From Gnetum montanum (taxonomy: Eukaryota > Plantae > Gnetophyta): DNA of 62,101 bases. The stretch is taken from NCBI GenBank assembly GCA_015680685.1, contig MNCI01001191.1, positions 45,666 through 107,766 of the forward strand, given 5' to 3'. Made by a program: the position numbers and the translations under genes. Below are positions 56,283 through 62,101 of this stretch, piece after piece; position 1 is the stretch's first letter, and each line of letters starts with the position of its first letter. A model generated the notes under the pieces. It saw only the letters and a program-made list of their open reading frames with translations. It was not told where the DNA came from and ran no database searches.

Positions 56283-59240
56283 TGTAACAACCCATATGGT
56301 AGTAAAGGTTGTAGAATGGTTGAGGATGGTTAATAATATTAATATTAATTTTTTATATGCATATTAATTTTTCTTAGCATATGATAAATTTTTATTACCC
56401 ATGTTTACTTATTTTTATGTACGATTAATGATTTATACCTATCACTAGTGTGCACTAACAGGGTGAACGAGTTATGGTAGGTTCTCATGAAGGCTATGGC
56501 ATGGGCATGGTATGGCTATGATGGCATGACATATGATTTATTCATGTAATTTGTAATTTAATTTTACTTTGGTTATTACTTAGATTAAAGGGGAGAAAGA
56601 TAGATGAGTTACATAGGTCTTGGAAGTAGATGCAAGAGGGTAGCTAGGTCACATGGGTTAGGGGTAGATGAAGTAGGGAAGAAGCCTTTAAGTAGCATCC
56701 ACTCCCTTAACCCAAAGCATTCTTGGTCTCTTAGCCCTTAGGTTGGAGGGCTGCTAGGTTGGAGGAGTGTGAGGAGCTTACTAGTTTAGGGAGCATGTGG
56801 GAAGACTCAAGTAACAAAAACTAGCAACATCTAAGGGAGTAATCTTGGCCCCCTTTCATGGTTGTTTCAATTCACTAGGTTTTGCACATATTGAGGTTGG
56901 GTTTTGTTTTAATTAATGTAAAATCTTGTAGATCTAGCATATTTAGGGATGGCTATTTCTTCCATGTTTTGAAGCAAAATTTTCATTACTAGATTTGCTG
57001 ATGTTTCCTGATGTGTAGTACTTCCTATGAACTTTGCCTTTTGAGGGTTTAGGATGATTCAAATATGTCTCAATAAAATGTTTGTATCTCTCTCTGTATT
57101 TTGAATCTGGTTGCGACCTACCTATTGTTGGATTCTTTCAAATCTAATAGTGATCTACCTATTTTTGGATTTCTTAAGACATTATCTACAACTTTGCAAA
57201 AGGAAGCATATTGCAATTTGTGGTAGATAAGGCACTACAAGTTGTTTTTTCAACATTGCCCACAATTGCAGTAATTTTAGTAGGGTCTGGAGTCAAGGAT
57301 ATATCTCTGCTTTTATTGCGACTCTGATTATAAAATTTTAATAAAAAACTTATAACATATATAACATCTAGATTCAAGTGGAAGCACTAAAAATTAGCAT
57401 GTGTGGTTAGAGTTATGGTTCCATCTTTGGGGGTTGTCTGAGTTTGCCTAAATTTATTTAGAAATTTAATATAGAGATTCATCTATTAATATCTTCATAC
57501 CTATAGCTCAATTTCTTCCAAAATTTTTATGAGACTTAGATGAAGATGTTCTATTTCCAACCAAAGTGGAAGGAGTTAAAAAGATGATCGTTTGACAGAG
57601 TTATATGAGATTTAATGTCAGTCACTCATTCTATCTCTATTTATGATTACCTATAATGTTCGACTGATATCTATTGCTATGAATCTCTAATTGTTTAAAT
57701 AATTTTACAGTAACTAAGTATGGATATTAGCTTTCAATTAAATCATTAATTAAGAGGAAATTCATAGGGAAGTGTGACATATGGGAGCTTTATTATGGTT
57801 CTTTAGTTTGCCTATTATGTTCTTTGAGATGTTGAATTCTAGTGAAGTTGTTGGGAGATGTATATCATTTTACGATTTTGATCCTTGCATTGTTATATCT
57901 CTTTTGAAGTTGTTATTGGATATTACCCATTGCAAATTATTGAAGGAATATTACTTTTAATTGATTATCAATCTTTAAACATTTGGGACTTGTATTTTGT
58001 TGAGTTTGGTCTTGAGATTAGGTGTTGAAATCTTGGAGAATTTGGATCTATTGAATTGGATTTTGTTGAAGTCTTTGACCCTTGGATTTGTTGGGACATG
58101 CCAAATTGTTAATCTTGAAATTGTTGTAGAACATGTCAGATTTTGGGATTTTGGATAACATGTTGGGTTGATGGTCCTTTTTTTTGCCTTATGTAAAAAT
58201 GATGTTGAGTCCCTCCATCATTAATGTCAGTTTGCCATCTTTTGATGATTATGAGATGGCTAGATGATGTCATGGTTTGATTGTCTGCTATGTGTTTGGA
58301 TGATGGAGCTAGCACTAATTGTGTGGCTAGTTGGCAATGAGGCTCCTTGGAGATGATTTTTTGATTAACCCCTATTGTCAATGCACCAATGTGGCTCTTG
58401 CTGCAAATCCCATCCAGTAGGAGAGGCTAATCCATAGCTCATTGGTCTTGTTTGATGCTTCCAGAAGTCTAGAGGTGGGTATCTCTAGGAACACTTCTAA
58501 CATTAGTATGTTTGGGAATCCTTGTGGGGAATCCACAAGTTCCACCTTGGTTTGAATCTTGGTGGGGATCCATAGGGACCATCTTGATTCATTGAGACTA
58601 ATAATAAATCCATGAACATGGTAATTTGATATTTTGTTAAAAATTTTGATTTGGAAATTTGAAAGTATTCATGAGAACTTGATACACATTGATGCTAAGT
58701 GTGGTGCATGCTAGCCTCCTTATTTGCTTAGTTAATGGGTGGAGTGAACATTTGTTGGTTTTGGATCGTTATGATGGTTAAATGGATTGATCCCATTCTT
58801 GATGGATGGTTGTGATGGTTATGTGTTTGAATATTGTTTACATTGATAGATGTATGGCATTGGATTTTTGACATGTTTGCAATGGATGATCTTGGATGTT
58901 GTAGTGGTTGTATGTTTGGATTTGCTTTGATTGTTTTGCAGGTTGTCATGCCCTACTTAGCCCCCATGAGACCTATCCTTGATTCAGCTAAAAGATGATG
59001 CCAAGGTTACTCACTCAACAATAGCTGATATTTTTGTTTGTTGTATAGGTACTAGTAAACAAAGGGATCAAAGGTTCAAACCTTAAGAGAGACAATTAGA
59101 ATATACTAGCATAAACTAGTAGTAGTATAAACTATATTATTAACATACTATATTAAATTATACCCTTATTCTTAAGAACCAAGGATAAGAAAATAAATAA
59201 CAAATCTAAGATTCTAGATTTGAAACACTGAGATGTTACA
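56283..59240. mobile_element. possible solo LTR remnant
   Basis: TGTAACA...TGTTACA termini about 2.96 kb apart with no coding content. The flanking 5-mers do not match. Confidence 0.3.
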
Positions 59241-60002
59241 TCCTTCAAATTCTTACTCTTGAAATTCTAGAGTGAGAAATGAGAAAATGAAGCCTTTTGT
59301 GCATGAGGGATAAAACTCCTTTTATAGTAAAAATAATCTCTTGTATGTCATTTTAGATAAGTTTTAGTATTATTGTATCTTACATCTAAAATTTTCCATT
59401 TTAGAAACATTTTACATGTATGAAACAAACCTTGTAATTACAACATGTAAATAAAAGATAAATGATAACAAACAAGGAAACATTACATGAGAAATGTAAG
59501 TAGAGCTTCCATCTATATTATAATTTGACATCATCTCAATCAATAGGAATTGGTACTTAGGTAAAGCATGTCTCTTTAAGAATACTCACTAGGAGGATTA
59601 AACTATGAAGATCAAAGACGTCCCAATCTCTGAATCTATTAATGCCATCACACAAGCCTTGAAAATTCACAATGCTAGAACATAAGTGACTGAAGTATCC
59701 TCTAAGTTTGATGTCAAAATAAAGAGGAAATGAGTGTAGAGAGCATATGGTATGAATAATAAGAAATTTGATGTTTTGACCTAAGAAGAAAAAATTTACT
59801 TTAAGATTGTGATGTACTATATTAACCCCATGATAAGTCATAACAAATTAATGTGCTTCTCTATTAGGAAATGCACCAACCTTAATGAAAATTTTCCTAT
59901 CAATTTGCCATAGCTCATCTTTTTGGAAATAAAAAAAGATTCAAAGAAAATGAAAAAGGTAGAAAAACCCTTCCTTTTTTATGTTTGATTAGAAAACTCT
60001 AT

Positions 60003-60701
60003 TGATGAGTCGTCATTTGGGTGACCGCAATATCGCGTACGCGATATCGCAGCCCAACCCACGATATCGCATAGGCAATATCGTAGCCTATCTCCTCATC
60101 TATAAATAAGAGGTAGACAAATGAGTTAGGATCATAGATTAGTAGGAAGTTAGTCAATTTTAGTTTAAGCATTTTAATTTCTTTCTCTCCCTTTTCCTCT
60201 CAGTGTATGCCCGCAGTGTGGTGATTGTAATTGTACGGCATCCTTAATTCAAGTGTGACATACTTGGACACGCACATGACCAGTAATAAAGATCAAGATT
60301 ACTTTACCATTGCAACATTCACTTAGTTTAATCATTTAATTAATTATTATGTACTGTTTTCCTAGTTAATCTCTCTCACCCTTAACTCATGTTAAAACGT
60401 AGAATGAGTACGACTTGATTACGAGCATTTAAGTGTGACTACTTGGTAACCCAGTAGCGTACCTAGGATCTGTGCTTGGTAATCCTAGTAGTAGTCGTGC
60501 ATGAAGTCCAAGATGTGTACGGATAATCAAGGAATGGATGCTCATTGCATTGAGGCTAGTTTAGATTATCTTATCCTTTCTCTCTTAACTTAGATAATAA
60601 CATTTTCCATTGCCTTTAGGAGTAGCATTAGATTAGAAACCCATCATACACCTCACTCTGGACTAAACCATACATGAAAAAGCTAATACTAGTCCAGGTG
60701 G
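60003..60701 (+). repeat. LTR related to the Athila-like LTRs at 9105 and 21365 (runs into a gap)
   Basis: TGATGAG start. Shares CGCGATATCGC, TCTATAAATAAGAGG, GAGTACGACTTGATTACGAGCAT and GTGACTACTTGGTAACCCAGT. Confidence 0.85.
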
Positions 60702-60764
60702 NNNNNNNNNNNNNNNNNNNNNNNNNNNNNNNNNNNNNNNNNNNNNNNNNNNNNNNNNNNNNNN

Positions 60765-61077
60765 CGTTTTAACATGAGTTAAGGGTGAGAGAGATTAACT
60801 AGGAAAACAGTACATAATAATTAATTAAATGATTAAACTAAGTGAATGTTGCAATGGTAAAGTAATCTTGATCTTTATTACTGGTCATGTGCGTGTCCAA
60901 GTATGTCACACTTGAATTAAGGATGCCGTACAATTACAATCACCACACTGCGGGCATACACTGAGAGGAAAAGGGAGAGAAAGAAATTAAAATGCTTAAA
61001 CTAAAATTGACTAACTTCCTACTAATCTATGATCCTAACTCATTTGTCTACCTCTTATTTATAGATGAGGAGATAGG
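60765..61077 (-). repeat. inverted copy of 60087-60399 between two gaps
   Basis: 313-bp reverse complement with no differences seen. Confidence 0.9.
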
Positions 61078-62101
61078 NNNNNNNNNNNNNNNNNNNNNNN
61101 NNNNNNNNNNNNNNNNNNNNNNNNNNNNNNNNNNNNNNNNNNNNNNNNNNNNNNNNNNNNNNNNNNNNNNNNNNNNNNNNNNNNNNNNNNNNNNNNNNNN
61201 NNNNNNNNNNNNNNNNNNNNNNNNNNNNNNNNNNNNNNNNNNNNNNNNNNNNNNNNNNNNNNNNNNNNNNNNNNNNNNNNNNNNNNNNNNNNNNNNNNNN
61301 NNNNNNNNNNNNNNNNNNNNNNNNNNNNNNNNNNNNNNNNNNNNNNNNNNNNNNNNNNNNNNNNNNNNNNNNNNNNNNNNNNNNNNNNNNNNNNNNNNNN
61401 NNNNNNNNNNNNNNNNNNNNNNNNNNNNNNNNNNNNNNNNNNNNNNNNNNNNNNNNNNNNNNNNNNNNNNNNNNNNNNNNNNNNNNNNNNNNNNNNNNNN
61501 NNNNNNNNNNNNNNNNNNNNNNNNNNNNNNNNNNNNNNNNNNNNNNNNNNNNNNNNNNNNNNNNNNNNNNNNNNNNNNNNNNNNNNNNNNNNNNNNNNNN
61601 NNNNNNNNNNNNNNNNNNNNNNNNNNNNNNNNNNNNNNNNNNNNNNNNNNNNNNNNNNNNNNNNNNNNNNNNNNNNNNNNNNNNNNNNNNNNNNNNNNNN
61701 NNNNNNNNNNNNNNNNNNNNNNNNNNNNNNNNNNNNNNNNNNNNNNNNNNNNNNNNNNNNNNNNNNNNNNNNNNNNNNNNNNNNNNNNNNNNNNNNNNNN
61801 NNNNNNNNNNNNNNNNNNNNNNNNNNNNNNNNNNNNNNNNNNNNNNNNNNNNNNNNNNNNNNNNNNNNNNNNNNNNNNNNNNNNNNNNNNNNNNNNNNNN
61901 NNNNNNNNNNNNNNNNNNNNNNNNNNNNNNNNNNNNNNNNNNNNNNNNNNNNNNNNNNNNNNNNNNNNNNNNNNNNNNNNNNNNNNNNNNNNNNNNNNNN
62001 NNNNNNNNNNNNNNNNNNNNNNNNNNNNNNNNNNNNNNNNNNNNNNNNNTACGTTACACCCAGAGTTCGTACAGAGATACTATGTTCGATCACAGTGACA
62101 A

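Noticed and set aside
60087-61077. 313-bp perfect inverted repeat as a hairpin locus
   Set aside because: The second arm is an isolated contig between two N gaps and appears identical to the first, so it is most likely a scaffolding artefact.
60992-62098. Long ORFs spanning N runs (also at 12.3, 15.8, 17.7, 19.3 and 20.9 kb)
   Set aside because: Artefacts of translating assembly gaps.

Overview
Land-plant nuclear DNA from a repeat-rich, gapped assembly. One minus-strand host gene crosses almost the whole window. It encodes a multi-pass membrane protein that I recognise from memory as the plant 'zinc transporter'-annotated AT5G38380-like family. Eight internal exons join in frame from 33378 down to 5070, the putative first exon(s) lie at about 53.3-54.5 kb, and the last exon appears to lie left of the window. 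One intron is a minor-spliceosome AT-AC (U12) intron. Two introns of about 20 kb are filled with three-level nested retroelements, and a Ty1/copia sits in the last intron. The first nest is L1 LINE > Athila-like gag-pro-only Ty3/gypsy > L1 LINE. The second is L1 LINE > solo LTR > Tat/Ogre-like gag-pro-only element. Main finding: two divergent L1-type LINEs (14.6-20.8 kb, and 33.7-53.0 kb once an LTR insertion with TSD CCAAC is removed) both carry an extra coding region between ORF2 and the poly(A). It reads as a long coiled coil, then a J-domain (DnaJ/Hsp40-like, HPD motif), then a Cys/His cluster. Also found: a 26S rRNA fragment inside a complex inverted LINE insertion, and a possible spliced antisense mini-gene in the Tat-like element. 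All family assignments come from manual translation and motif recall; no database searches were run.
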